A DNA stretch of 64,000 nucleotides from an uncultured Pseudomonadales bacterium (GTDB taxonomy: Bacteria; Pseudomonadota; Gammaproteobacteria; Pseudomonadales; JADFDG01). The position numbers and the translations under genes were made by a program. Shown in pieces: positions 1-9,793 of this stretch. Below the pieces are notes generated by a model. The model ran no database searches. It was not told the origin of the DNA and saw nothing but the letters and a program-made list of their open reading frames with translations. The stretch covers positions 3,689-67,688 of the forward strand of contig CAZNPF010000007.1 in the NCBI GenBank assembly GCA_964574995.1, written 5' to 3'. How positions within the stretch are numbered: the stretch's first letter is position 1; the number at the start of each line of letters is the position of its first letter.

Positions 1-25
1 ATCTGAAACCTCAACGAGACCTCTC

Positions 26-985
26 ATGTCGACAAGCTGGCAAGCACAAGCACTGGGATTCGCCGCTCGCACCTTCGTCAAACCGGTGGTGTCGCGGGTG
101 CGACTGACGCCACAACTGATGAAACTGTCGCAGTTGGGCTTTGACGCCATCACCACCATCCTGCCCGTCCCACGCAATGCGCGCGTGATCTCGGTGAATG
201 CCGACGATGTACCTTGCGAATGGGTGATGTGCGCCGATGGCATTCGTGAAGAACGTGTCTTTATTTACTTGCACGGTGGCGGATATTTTTTTGGTTCGGC
301 TCGTTCACATCGCGGACTGACTTGGCGCATCTCGCAAGCGGGCAACATGAAAGTGCTGGCGGTGGATTATCGCCAACCGCCGGATCATCAATACCCCACG
401 CCGATTTGGGATGTCGTGCGCGTGTACCGCTGGTTGCTCGCACGCGGTTATGACCCGAAAAACATCATCATTGGCGGCGACAGTGCCGGCGGAAATTTAT
501 CGCTGGTGTCGATGCTGAAATTCCGCGAACTGGGTTTGCCATTGCCCGCAGGTGCCGTACTGATTTCACCTTGGGCCGATCTCAGCGCCACCGGGGAATC
601 CCTACACGACAACGCCGACCACGACCCCTACATTCCGGTCAATCTGCTGAAATTCGTGTCACGCCTCTACGTGGGCGAATATTCACCACGCGATCCATTC
701 CTCTCGCCGATTTACGCCGATTTCACCGGCTTCCCGCCGATTCTGGTGCAAGTTGGCAGTGTCGAAGTGCTGTTGTCCGACGCCGAGCGCGTCGTCGACG
801 CTGCGCGTCGCGCCAACGTGCCCGTGCAGCTCACCGTCTATCGCGACATGATGCATGTGTTCCAAGCACTCGCGTATTTCATCCCCGAAGGCAAAGATGC
901 CATTCGTGAAATCGGTCGCTTTGTGCATCAGCAGCTGGGCCGTGAAGCGGGCAACACGGCCGATGTGATTCCGCTGCGCCGATAA
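26..985 (+). CDS. Alpha/beta hydrolase, hormone-sensitive-lipase (HSL) family esterase/lipase
   Basis: HGGG oxyanion motif (YLHGGGY), GDSAGG nucleophile elbow, late Asp (EVLLSD) and His (MMHVF). Confidence 0.9.
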   Translation: MSTSWQAQALGFAARTFVKPVVSRVRLTPQLMKLSQLGFDAITTILPVPRNARVISVNADDVPCEWVMCADGIREERVFIYLHGGGYFFGSARSHRGLTWRISQAGNMKVLAVDYRQPPDHQYPTPIWDVVRVYRWLLARGYDPKNIIIGGDSAGGNLSLVSMLKFRELGLPLPAGAVLISPWADLSATGESLHDNADHDPYIPVNLLKFVSRLYVGEYSPRDPFLSPIYADFTGFPPILVQVGSVEVLLSDAERVVDAARRANVPVQLTVYRDMMHVFQALAYFIPEGKDAIREIGRFVHQQLGREAGNTADVIPLRR

Positions 986-1007
986 ATCTCTGACTGGAAC
1001 ATTTCAC

Positions 1008-1979
1008 ATGCCCATTCCTGCCGTACTGACAGGCCGTCTCGCGCTGCCCGTTATCGCCTCACCGTTGTTCATCGTGTCGGGCCCGGAGCTGGTCATTGCT
1101 CAGTGCAAGGCTGGCATCGTGGGTTCTTTCCCATCACTGAATGCACGCCCCATCAGCCAGTTAGATGAATGGCTGACACGTATCAAACGCGAACTTGAGG
1201 AATATCAAGCGGAAAATCCGCAGATAAAAGTGGCGCCCTATGCGGTGAATCTGATCGCACATGTCAGCAACGGACGATTGGAAGAAGACATCGCCGTCTG
1301 CGCAAAACACAAAGTGCCCATCGTGATCACCAGTCTGCGCGCGCCCGCATCTGTTGTGAGCGCCGTACACGGCTGGGGCGGTATCGTGCTGCATGATGTC
1401 ATCAATATTCGTCACGCGAAAAAAGCCATCAGCGAAGGTGTCGACGGCTTGATTCTCGTTTGCGCCGGAGCCGGTGGCCACGCCGGCACCCTGAGCCCCT
1501 TCGCGCTGGTTTCAGAAGTGCGCGAATTCTGGAGCGGCACCATCGCGCTTTCAGGTGCTATTGCCACTGGCGATGGCATTCTCGCCGCACAAGCACTCGG
1601 TGCAGACTTTGCATACATCGGAACGCGTTTTATCGCCAGCACCGAAGCCAACGCCGTGGATGGTTACAAGCAAGCGTTGGTCGAATCCAGCGCAAAAGAC
1701 ATCGTTTACTCCTCACTGTTCACCGGTATTCACGGTAATTATCTCGCCCCCAGTATTCGCGCCGTTGGCATGGACCCAGACAACCTTCCGTCTGCCGACA
1801 AATCCACGATGAACTTCGGTAGCGGTGGCAACACGCAAGCCAAATCTTGGAAAGACATCTGGGGCGCTGGCCAAGGCACCGGCAGCATTCATGAAGTCAT
1901 GCCAACGGGAGACATCGTGGCGAAGTTGCAGCGGGAATATGACGCGGCAAAAGCGCGGCTGCAAAAAGCGATGGGTTGA
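1008..1979 (+). CDS. Nitronate monooxygenase family flavoprotein (FabK/NMO-like TIM barrel)
   Basis: GAGGHAG motif, LSGAIATG and AYIGTRFIAS FMN-binding motifs. Confidence 0.88.
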   Translation: MPIPAVLTGRLALPVIASPLFIVSGPELVIAQCKAGIVGSFPSLNARPISQLDEWLTRIKRELEEYQAENPQIKVAPYAVNLIAHVSNGRLEEDIAVCAKHKVPIVITSLRAPASVVSAVHGWGGIVLHDVINIRHAKKAISEGVDGLILVCAGAGGHAGTLSPFALVSEVREFWSGTIALSGAIATGDGILAAQALGADFAYIGTRFIASTEANAVDGYKQALVESSAKDIVYSSLFTGIHGNYLAPSIRAVGMDPDNLPSADKSTMNFGSGGNTQAKSWKDIWGAGQGTGSIHEVMPTGDIVAKLQREYDAAKARLQKAMG

Positions 1980-2012
1980 ATCGCTACATCTATATCTCTG
2001 AACGCTAGGCAG

Positions 2013-2049
2013 AAAAAACAAACCCCGCACTCGGCGGGGTTTGTTTTTT
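2013..2049. terminator. Bidirectional rho-independent terminator
   Basis: AAAAAACAAACCCCGC-actcg-GCGGGGTTTGTTTTTT perfect stem between convergent genes. Confidence 0.9.
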
Positions 2050-2093
2050 GGATCATCGGTTTGACTGGCTCAATGCCGCTGGCAAGCGCCCCA

Positions 2094-3929
2094 TCAATCT
2101 CGTGCCAATCGCCAACGTGCGATACCGAACACCATCAGCACCAGCAACAGCGGCATCAACACGATGTTGATGAACTTGAGCCACGCGCCGAGCGTGTCAA
2201 TGTCACTGCCAAGTTGGTGCTGGACTTCACGCAACTCTTTGCGTACGCGCAGCTTCTCGGCCATGAATTTTTCGAGTTCTGCGACCTGCGCCGCATCGAG
2301 CTCAAACGCTTTAGCGTCCTGCTGTTTCTTCGCCTGCAACGCCGTCAGTTTTTCTTCCGTCGCCGTCAACTGGTCTTCCAGCGTTTGCTGTTTGGCCTGC
2401 AGATTCATTGCAGCCGCACGCTCTAGCGCATTGACCTTATCGAACGGGCGCTCATAGCGGCCACGGCCACGGATATCCGCCAGATCCGAACTCCCCATCA
2501 GGCCATCAACGCTATTCGTGAGGAAATCACCGTTATCGGCAAAGGCCTGCGCCACTTGCTGCCCCATGAAATCCTGCACATTCACCCACAAGCGATCACT
2601 GAGCACGTCGCTGTCGGCCACAACAAGAATATTGGCTGATTTTTCTTCCACCACCGGCCCTACCGACGCACCACTCGCCGGCGCGGGGAAAGCACTGTTG
2701 ATCTTGCCGGTAATGCGCGCCGCCAACACATAACGTTCGCCGGTCGGCTTGAAGCCTTCATAGAGTTTGGTGTGATCTTGTGCGGCCGCAACGCGCGTGG
2801 CATCGAGCAACTCGGCTTGATCGCTGGACTCAATCAGTGGCGTAAACGTAGAAGCACTGTCCTTCGCGTGAGAAAGCGCACCCGGCGACGCCATCAGCAG
2901 GCGTTCCAGACGCGCCGTAACCGGATCTGCTGTCGGAAACTCACCTTGTCCAAATTGCAGAATCGTCAAATTCGGCACCGGTCGCCCATATTGTTCGCTG
3001 GCCACCGGCACCGCCAAGGACGCATCACCCACGACTTTCGTCGGGTCATATTGCACACCCCAGGCGGCAAATAACGGCGCAATATTCGACGATGGATCCG
3101 TCGCACCAAACATGCCGCCACCGGCGGCTTCTGCATTCGGATCGACAAAGACGAGCGTCGCGCCACCACCACGCACCCAACGATCAATCGCATGCAGCGA
3201 TTTTTCCTGGAGCTTGCCAGGGTGCGCGATGAGCAAGAGACGAACGTCATCGCCAATGCGCTCAAAATCCGGCGCTAACGCTTCTACGTTATACAGCTGC
3301 TGCAATTGCGCGAAGCTCGCCCAAGGCGGTGTTGGCTGACGCGTCATGAAATCAAAACCGCCCTGCAGATCCAGGCTGGTCGCCAGCGCGATTTTCGGCG
3401 CGACGTGACGCGACGCTTTCCACACCACTTGACTGAGGTCGTATTCCAGCGATTCCTCGTGATCCGGGCGGAAAAATGCGATGGTTTCTGGTTTGCCGCC
3501 TTCTCCCGTCACGGCCAACCCGAACCAGATGCCCGCGCCGCCCGGCGTCAGCGGCACACTGATGAGCCCCAGTTCGTTGGCACGGTCCTCGTCTTCGGAA
3601 AATGCATCCGGTGACGTGATTTTCAGTTTCAGTTTGCCGCCCGAGAGCCGCTCGTACTCATGCAGCAATTCCTGCACGCGCTGCGCGTAATTGGCGATCT
3701 GTGGCACTTCGCTGGTGGCATCCGCCGAGTAGAACAGCTCCGCCGTTACCGTCTTTTCCATGCTCTTGAGCATGTGTTTGGTGCCATCCGACAGCGTGTA
3801 CATATTGCCTTCGGTCAAATCCAACCGCAGAGCCGGCAACAGGTTCATCAGTTGAACCACGGCTACCACGATCACGGCAACGCCCAATAACGCCCAGCCT
3901 GCGTGGCGTTTGCTAAATAGTTTTTTCAT
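2094..3929 (-). CDS. GldG-family ABC transporter auxiliary/periplasmic component
   Basis: DLTEGNMYTLS motif after N-terminal TM, C-terminal coiled coil and TM (LKFINIVLMP); follows GldA/GldF-like genes. Confidence 0.85.
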   Translation of the reverse strand: MKKLFSKRHAGWALLGVAVIVVAVVQLMNLLPALRLDLTEGNMYTLSDGTKHMLKSMEKTVTAELFYSADATSEVPQIANYAQRVQELLHEYERLSGGKLKLKITSPDAFSEDEDRANELGLISVPLTPGGAGIWFGLAVTGEGGKPETIAFFRPDHEESLEYDLSQVVWKASRHVAPKIALATSLDLQGGFDFMTRQPTPPWASFAQLQQLYNVEALAPDFERIGDDVRLLLIAHPGKLQEKSLHAIDRWVRGGGATLVFVDPNAEAAGGGMFGATDPSSNIAPLFAAWGVQYDPTKVVGDASLAVPVASEQYGRPVPNLTILQFGQGEFPTADPVTARLERLLMASPGALSHAKDSASTFTPLIESSDQAELLDATRVAAAQDHTKLYEGFKPTGERYVLAARITGKINSAFPAPASGASVGPVVEEKSANILVVADSDVLSDRLWVNVQDFMGQQVAQAFADNGDFLTNSVDGLMGSSDLADIRGRGRYERPFDKVNALERAAAMNLQAKQQTLEDQLTATEEKLTALQAKKQQDAKAFELDAAQVAELEKFMAEKLRVRKELREVQHQLGSDIDTLGAWLKFINIVLMPLLLVLMVFGIARWRLARD

Positions 3930-3932
3930 GAT

Positions 3933-4670
3933 TCAGCCCGCCTTCTTGCGGTCGATGACGATGGCGGTGGCGCACAGCCAACCGGCGATCATCACCAAGA
4001 AAAATATAAAATCGCCCAGATCGATGACGCCTTTGCTCACCGCTTGAAAATGCGTGAGGAATGACAGATTCGATACCGTGGTAATCAACCAGCCCGGTGC
4101 CCAGCCCTCAAACGCATTGAGCACGACCGGAAAACCGCAAATCACCAGCAGGAAACACGTCACCACGGTGAGTACGAATGCAATCACTTGATTGGACGTG
4201 GTGGCCGATAAGCACGAACCCACCGCCAGATACGCACCGGCCATCAACCAACTGCCAAAGTACGCCGTGAAAATGGCGCCATTGTCGGGTTCGCCCAGCC
4301 ACGCGACAGTGATCCACATCGGAAATGTCATCACCAGCGCAAGGCCGGCAAACAACCAAGCGGCTAGGAATTTCCCGAGCACGGCATCGCGTAAGCGGAT
4401 TGGTAACGTCAGCAACAATTCCAACGTGCCGCTCTTGCGTTCTTCGGCCCATAGCCGCATGGCGAGTGCCGGCATCAGGAATAAATACAACCACGGGTGA
4501 AACGCAAAGAACGGCAGCAAATCGGCCTGACGGCGTTCAAATAAATTGCCGAGATAAAACGTGAGTACGCCACCCAGCACCAAAAAAATAGCGAGGAACA
4601 CATACGCCAGCGGTGTTGCAAAGCAGGCGTACAACTCGCGGCGGACGACAGCAACAAGGTTCTGATTCAT
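3933..4670 (-). CDS. ABC-2 type permease, GldF-like
   Basis: RRELYACFATPLAY, MRLWAEERKSGTLELLLTLP, VLGKF motifs; ~6 TM segments; start set at MNQ (4670). Confidence 0.88.
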   Translation of the reverse strand: MNQNLVAVVRRELYACFATPLAYVFLAIFLVLGGVLTFYLGNLFERRQADLLPFFAFHPWLYLFLMPALAMRLWAEERKSGTLELLLTLPIRLRDAVLGKFLAAWLFAGLALVMTFPMWITVAWLGEPDNGAIFTAYFGSWLMAGAYLAVGSCLSATTSNQVIAFVLTVVTCFLLVICGFPVVLNAFEGWAPGWLITTVSNLSFLTHFQAVSKGVIDLGDFIFFLVMIAGWLCATAIVIDRKKAG

Positions 4671-4684
4671 GAACAGCTCCAAAA

Positions 4685-5605
4685 TCAGGCGGCGCGATCG
4701 CGCGTGAGACGCCGGAAGACTTCATCCAAGCGGCCACGCTCGACCACCAGATCACTCACATTCCAGTTGCGCTCACGGCTGAGCGAGAGAAAGCCCGGCA
4801 GTAAATCGGCGCTGCCTTGTGCTACCAATGTGCGACGAGCGCCTAGGCCTTCCACCGCCAAAACGCCCGGCAGTTTGGCCAGCGCATCGTCAACTTCTGT
4901 GCCTTCGGGCAACGTGGCGCTGAGCGCGCCGTGATAACGCGATTGCGCTTCCAATTCCGCCGGCGTGCCATCGGCCACCACCGCACCGTCGGCAATCACT
5001 ACCGCGCGCGTGCACACCGCCGTCACTTCTTCGAGGATGTGCGTGGAAATGATGATGATGCGCCCTGGCGATAACCGCGTAATGAGTTCTCGCACCTGAT
5101 GTTTCTGATTGGGATCCAAACCGTCGGTAGGCTCATCCAGCACCAGCACCTGCGGATCATGCAGGATGGCCTGCGCCAGACCGACGCGACGCTTGAACCC
5201 TTTAGACAAGGTATCGATCACGCGACTGCGCACCGCATCCAGTTCCAGCTCGCGCAACACGCGCGCAACACGCTCATCCGCTTCAAGGCCGCGATAACCA
5301 CGAATCGACGCGATGAAGCGCAAAAACGCCGCCACCGTCATCTCACCCCAAGCAGGTGCGCCTTCCGGCAAATAGCCAATGCGTTTTTTGGCGGCATCCG
5401 GCGTGGCGATGACATCGTCGCCAAACACGCGGATTGCTCCACGATCAGGCGTGAGATAGCCGGTGATCATTTTCATGGTGGTGGATTTACCAGCGCCGTT
5501 GGGGCCGAGAAATCCGAGCACTTCGCCCGGATTTACCGTGAGCGAGATGCCGCGTACGGCCGCCACGTGCCCGAACGCCTTGTGCAGGTCATCGATGCGT
5601 ATCAT
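4685..5605 (-). CDS. ABC transporter ATP-binding protein, GldA-like
   Basis: Walker A GPNGAGKS, LSKGFKRR signature, LDEPT Walker B, ISTH; start set at MIRIDDL (5605). Confidence 0.92.
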   Translation of the reverse strand: MIRIDDLHKAFGHVAAVRGISLTVNPGEVLGFLGPNGAGKSTTMKMITGYLTPDRGAIRVFGDDVIATPDAAKKRIGYLPEGAPAWGEMTVAAFLRFIASIRGYRGLEADERVARVLRELELDAVRSRVIDTLSKGFKRRVGLAQAILHDPQVLVLDEPTDGLDPNQKHQVRELITRLSPGRIIIISTHILEEVTAVCTRAVVIADGAVVADGTPAELEAQSRYHGALSATLPEGTEVDDALAKLPGVLAVEGLGARRTLVAQGSADLLPGFLSLSRERNWNVSDLVVERGRLDEVFRRLTRDRAA

Positions 5606-5687
5606 CGGAAATTCATCCTCGTATGCTGAAACGGGTCGATAAACAGTGAAGTGGTCAGCCGGCAAAACAAACGCCAAGCCACGGCGC

Positions 5688-5715
5688 ACGGACCGGCAAA
5701 AATAGTAGAAGTTCC
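5688..5715 (-). promoter_or_regulatory. Candidate sigma-E/AlgU-type promoter for the GldAFG-like operon
   Basis: Minus strand GGAACTT-N16-TCCGT; -35 matches, -10 only partly matches TCNRA. Confidence 0.35.
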
Positions 5716-5760
5716 GATGTCATGCCACCCGCAAGGCCCAGCGAGCGCTGGGCCAGCGGC

Positions 5761-6246
5761 TCAGGCCTTGAGTAGCGCCTCGATATCCTTGATCAGGTCT
5801 TCCGGCTTATCCGTCGGCGCGTAACGCGTGACGCTCTTGCCGCTCTTGTCGACCAAGAATTTGGTGAAATTCCACTTGATGGCTTCACTGCCGAGAATGC
5901 CCGGCGCGGCACTCTTGAGGTGTTTGTAGAGCGGCGCTGCATCGCCGCCATTGACGTCGATTTTTCCGAACAACGGAAAATTAACGCCAAAATTCATCTC
6001 ACAAAACTGCTCGATCTGCGCGTTGGGTGCCGGCTCCTGATGACCAAACTGATTGCACGGGAAGCCCAGCACCACCAAACCCTTGCCCTGAAAACGCTCA
6101 TGCAGCATCTGCAAGCCTTTGTACTGCGGCGTGAAGCCGCATTTGCTGGCAGTGTTGACGATCAGCAATACCTTTCCGCGGTACTGGCCAAGATCCGTCG
6201 GTTTACCGTGAATATCGGTGACGGTGTAATCGAAAACAGTCGTCAT
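5761..6246 (-). CDS. Glutathione peroxidase (Cys-type, BtuE/Gpx family)
   Basis: VNTASKCGFT, LGFPCNQF, IKWNFTKFLV motifs. Confidence 0.95.
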   Translation of the reverse strand: MTTVFDYTVTDIHGKPTDLGQYRGKVLLIVNTASKCGFTPQYKGLQMLHERFQGKGLVVLGFPCNQFGHQEPAPNAQIEQFCEMNFGVNFPLFGKIDVNGGDAAPLYKHLKSAAPGILGSEAIKWNFTKFLVDKSGKSVTRYAPTDKPEDLIKDIEALLKA

Positions 6247-6354
6247 AAGCAGATTCTCCGTAGTTTTCCGTGCAGCAACGGGATTAAACCGTCACCGTAT
6301 TTTTTGAACGCATCGTTTTCTCAAGCGCAATACGCCGCATCACTATGAACAGCA

Positions 6355-7809
6355 TCAGCTATCGCGTGTCACCAGCATTCGTACTTCTGTCATATCGGCA
6401 ATGGCGCTCGAGATGCCTTCGCGGCCAATACCAGAATCTTTCACGCCGCCATAAGGCATGTGATCCATGCGGAAACTTGGGATATCACCCACTACCACAC
6501 CGCCCACATCCAATTCTTTCCACACTTGCGTGGCGCGCAAACGGTCACGGGTAAACACGCCCGCCTGTAAGCCGTAACGTGATGCGTTGACACGCGCAAT
6601 CGCGTCCTCGAACGAACGGAATTTCTCCAACACGCAAGCCGGCCCAAATACTTCGCCGTCACAAATCTGTTCGCCCTGCGGCACATTTTCCAGAATCGTC
6701 GGGGCGACCAGCAAGCCTTGTCGCTCACCGCCGCAGAGCACCGTCGCACCGTTGCTGCGCGCCGACTCAATCCACGATTGAATGCGCTGCGCTTCTTTTT
6801 CGCTAATCACCGGCCCGCAGAATGTTTTTTCATCACGCGGATCGCCGGTACGTAAGGTTTTGGTTTGCGCGACAAGACGGTCGCGGAATTCGTTGTAACG
6901 GCTTTCATGCACAAAGATTCGCTGCACGCTGATGCAGCTCTGTCCGCTCTGATAAAACGCGCCGAATACGCAACGATCCACGGCGAAGCCGATGTCGGCC
7001 GTCTCATCGACAATCACGGCGGCGTTGCCGCCCAATTCCAGCGTGACGCGTTTGCGGCCGGCACGCGCCTTCATGTCCCAGCCGACGGCATCAGAGCCGG
7101 TAAAACTGAGCAATTTCAGGCGATCGTCTGTGACCAGCACATCAGCTGCCGCGCGCTCGGACGGCAAAATGGAAAACGCGCCTTCCGGCAAACCCGTTTC
7201 AGCCAGTACTTCGCCAATGATCAGCGCACCCAACGGCGTCAACGAGGCCGGTTTCAAGACAAATGGGCAGCCCGCCGCGATTGCAGGTGCCACTTTATGC
7301 GCCACCAAATTGAGCGGAAAATTGAACGGCGTGATGAAACCGCAAGCACCGACCGGAACCCGCATCCACATCCCGCTGTAACCTTCGCCACGGGCGCTGA
7401 TATCCATGGGAATGATTTCACCCTTGATGCGGGTGGCTTCTTCTGCCGCAATGGCAAACGTCTCGATCAAGCGCGTCACTTCCACGCGTGAATCGCGGAT
7501 CGGTTTGCCGGCTTCCAGACACAGCGCCAGCGCCAATTCTTCGCGACGCTCCTCAAAACGCTGCACGCAATAACGCAATACATCACGACGACGCCAGGCC
7601 GGCAACTTGCGCATCGCTTCTTCGGCATGCACCGCAGCCGTCACAGCCTGCGTCACCAATGGTGCCGTCGCCACACAAACTTCGGCGCAAGATTCGCCAC
7701 GGTATTTGTCGATGACCGGCATCGTTTCGGCCGTCATCAACGGGCGATTGGCAAAAAATAAGGGCCGCGCCACAGAATTCATATCGTCCGTCATGAGGTT
7801 CCCGTTCAT
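6355..7809 (-). CDS. NAD(P)-dependent aldehyde dehydrogenase
   Basis: ITPFNFP, LKPAS, FTGS, LELGGN, GQSCIS (catalytic Cys), GEVFGP, YGGVKDSGIGREG. Confidence 0.95.
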   Translation of the reverse strand: MNGNLMTDDMNSVARPLFFANRPLMTAETMPVIDKYRGESCAEVCVATAPLVTQAVTAAVHAEEAMRKLPAWRRRDVLRYCVQRFEERREELALALCLEAGKPIRDSRVEVTRLIETFAIAAEEATRIKGEIIPMDISARGEGYSGMWMRVPVGACGFITPFNFPLNLVAHKVAPAIAAGCPFVLKPASLTPLGALIIGEVLAETGLPEGAFSILPSERAAADVLVTDDRLKLLSFTGSDAVGWDMKARAGRKRVTLELGGNAAVIVDETADIGFAVDRCVFGAFYQSGQSCISVQRIFVHESRYNEFRDRLVAQTKTLRTGDPRDEKTFCGPVISEKEAQRIQSWIESARSNGATVLCGGERQGLLVAPTILENVPQGEQICDGEVFGPACVLEKFRSFEDAIARVNASRYGLQAGVFTRDRLRATQVWKELDVGGVVVGDIPSFRMDHMPYGGVKDSGIGREGISSAIADMTEVRMLVTRDS

Positions 7810-7880
7810 GTCGATTTACGCGTCACGATGAATCGTCGATCCACCAAAAAACACAGTTAAAAAATTATTCACTCGATCAT

Positions 7881-9038
7881 TCATTTTCCATTCAATCGGC
7901 GTGCATAAATCGCACGCGCATCCGCCAGCGCAACCTCGCGCGGATTATTCACCAGCAAGCGTTGCTGGCGCAGCGCATCCTCGGCGAGACGATCTAGGTC
8001 TGCCTCGGTAATGCCGTAACTCGCCAGCCGGGTATCTACGCCCAGATCTGCGATCAGCGTATCCAGCCGCGCGATGAGGTAATCCGCCGCAGACGCATCA
8101 CTGCTGTTAGCCGGTGCGCCCAGCATACGTCCTAATTCAGCGTACTGAGTCAGTGCCGCATCTCGGTTGAAACGCAGCACTTCGGCCAGCACGATCGCAT
8201 TCGATAAACCATGCGGCAGGTGAAAAATTCCACCCAGCGGATACGCCAGTGCATGCACCGCCGCCACGGGTGCATTGGCAAATGCAATGCCGGCAAAACA
8301 CGCACCGAGCAGCATGTTTTGCCGCGCATCCAAGTTACGGCCATCGTTGAATGCCGTGCGGATATTGTTGTCGAGCAATTGCAGTGCGCGACGCGCGTAA
8401 TCGTCGGACAACACGTTTTTGCGAATCTTTGATGTGTACGCTTCGATGGCATGCACCATCGCATCGATGCCGGTATGCGCGGTGACTGTCGGCGGCAGAC
8501 TCAAGGTCAAACTAGCATCCAATAGCGCGAGATCTGGCATCAGCACGGTCGACACCACGCCACCTTTGGTTTCATCGGCGAGCGTCACAATGGCAATCGG
8601 CGTCACTTCCGAACCCGTGCCGGCCGTGGTCGGTATCAACACCAACGGCAAGCGACGACCTTTGGTTTGCTCCACGCCGATGATCTGCCGCAGCGTTTCC
8701 GACGAATCCGCGAAATACGCCGTGAGTTTTGCCACATCCATGGCGCTGCCGCCGCCGATGCCCACCACCATCTGCGCACCGAATTCGCGCGCACGTGTAT
8801 GCGCCGCCGCCACGATGTGTTCGCCGGGGTCCGGCGCAACGTCTGCAAATAAAGCATGTTCGAGTTTTGCGGCAGCCAGCGCATCCAACAGCGGTTGAAC
8901 AAGACCGGCAGCGACCACGCCTGGGTCTGCCACGATCAAGACACGCAGAATGCGACGACGCAGTGCAAATTCAGCCGCGCGTCCGGCAGCGCCCGGCGCA
9001 CAAATCAATTGCGGAACGGTGACAAACGAAAATTCCAT
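7881..9038 (-). CDS. Iron-containing alcohol dehydrogenase (type III ADH)
   Basis: GGGSAMD, IPTTAGTGSEVT, GIDAMVHAIE, HALAYPLG, PHG metal ligands; start MEFSF at 9038 (ORF-track extension to 9437 not credible). Confidence 0.92.
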   Translation of the reverse strand: MEFSFVTVPQLICAPGAAGRAAEFALRRRILRVLIVADPGVVAAGLVQPLLDALAAAKLEHALFADVAPDPGEHIVAAAHTRAREFGAQMVVGIGGGSAMDVAKLTAYFADSSETLRQIIGVEQTKGRRLPLVLIPTTAGTGSEVTPIAIVTLADETKGGVVSTVLMPDLALLDASLTLSLPPTVTAHTGIDAMVHAIEAYTSKIRKNVLSDDYARRALQLLDNNIRTAFNDGRNLDARQNMLLGACFAGIAFANAPVAAVHALAYPLGGIFHLPHGLSNAIVLAEVLRFNRDAALTQYAELGRMLGAPANSSDASAADYLIARLDTLIADLGVDTRLASYGITEADLDRLAEDALRQQRLLVNNPREVALADARAIYARRLNGK

Positions 9039-9257
9039 GACCACGGTATCCGGGAGCAGCCGCCGCACCCTGTGGTCGGACTGCCTTCTTGTTGTCGTTA
9101 TCCATTCGGACAGGCGGCGGGCCTCGCGAAAAAACCGCCGCAAACCAGCCCCGTCATCGTGAGGGCTGGCCAGCGGAACGGCAATGCCTCCGCGCGCCCT
9201 CACACGCCCTGCGCAGCCTCGGGCAGCCCGTCTTTTACCGGCCCCCTGCGCACACGC

Positions 9258-9289
9258 TTGACTCTGGAGTATGGTCCAGAGTGCAGAGT
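9258..9289 (+). promoter_or_regulatory. MerR-family metal-responsive promoter/operator (ZntR-type, 20-bp spacer)
   Basis: -35 TTGACT (9258-9263), dyad ACTCTGGA-N6-TCCAGAGT (9261-9282), candidate -10 CAGAGT after 20 bp, directly upstream of a MerR gene. Confidence 0.85.
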
Positions 9290-9325
9290 GGCCCCACATG
9301 AGATGAATGACCGTGATAAACGACC

Positions 9326-9793
9326 ATGAAGACGCATGAGCAACCCGTGACCATCGGCGTGGCAGCCAAAGCCGCCGGCGTGGCGATCGACACCGTACGT
9401 TATTACGAACGGCAAGGCCTGCTGGCGGATGCGCCACGCACGGAAGGCGGATTCCGCTTATTCAGCACCCGCGACATCGAGCGGCTGCAATTTATCCGCA
9501 AGGCCAAGGCACTCGGTTTCACTTTAGACGACATCGCCGAGCTGCTACGCCTGCAAGACGGCGGCGGCACGCGGGCACGCGTCCGGGAACGCGCTCAAGC
9601 GCGCATCGCCGAACTCGACCGAAAAATCCAGGCCTTCACCGCAATCCGTGATGCGCTCGCGACACTGGAGCACTGCTGCAGCGGCCAAGGGCCCGTCGCC
9701 GGCTGCCCCATCATGGAAGGCGTCCGTTCGCTCGATTTGGAAAACCCCGAATTGGAAAATGCGGCACCACCGCTGACACGGAGGGCTCGCTGA
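9326..9793 (+). CDS. Heavy-metal-responsive MerR-family transcriptional regulator
   Basis: TIGVAAKAAGVAIDTVRYYERQGLL wHTH, LQFIRKAKALGFTL, C-terminal CCSGQGPVAGCPI metal loop. Confidence 0.93.
   Translation: MKTHEQPVTIGVAAKAAGVAIDTVRYYERQGLLADAPRTEGGFRLFSTRDIERLQFIRKAKALGFTLDDIAELLRLQDGGGTRARVRERAQARIAELDRKIQAFTAIRDALATLEHCCSGQGPVAGCPIMEGVRSLDLENPELENAAPPLTRRAR

Noticed and set aside
9039-9437. 133-aa N-terminal extension of Fe-ADH from the ORF track (similarly long starts for gacS, rnc, tsaB, moeA, fabA and the multicopper oxidase)
   Set aside because: Extensions overlap neighbouring genes or promoters and lack family similarity; downstream starts match family N-termini.
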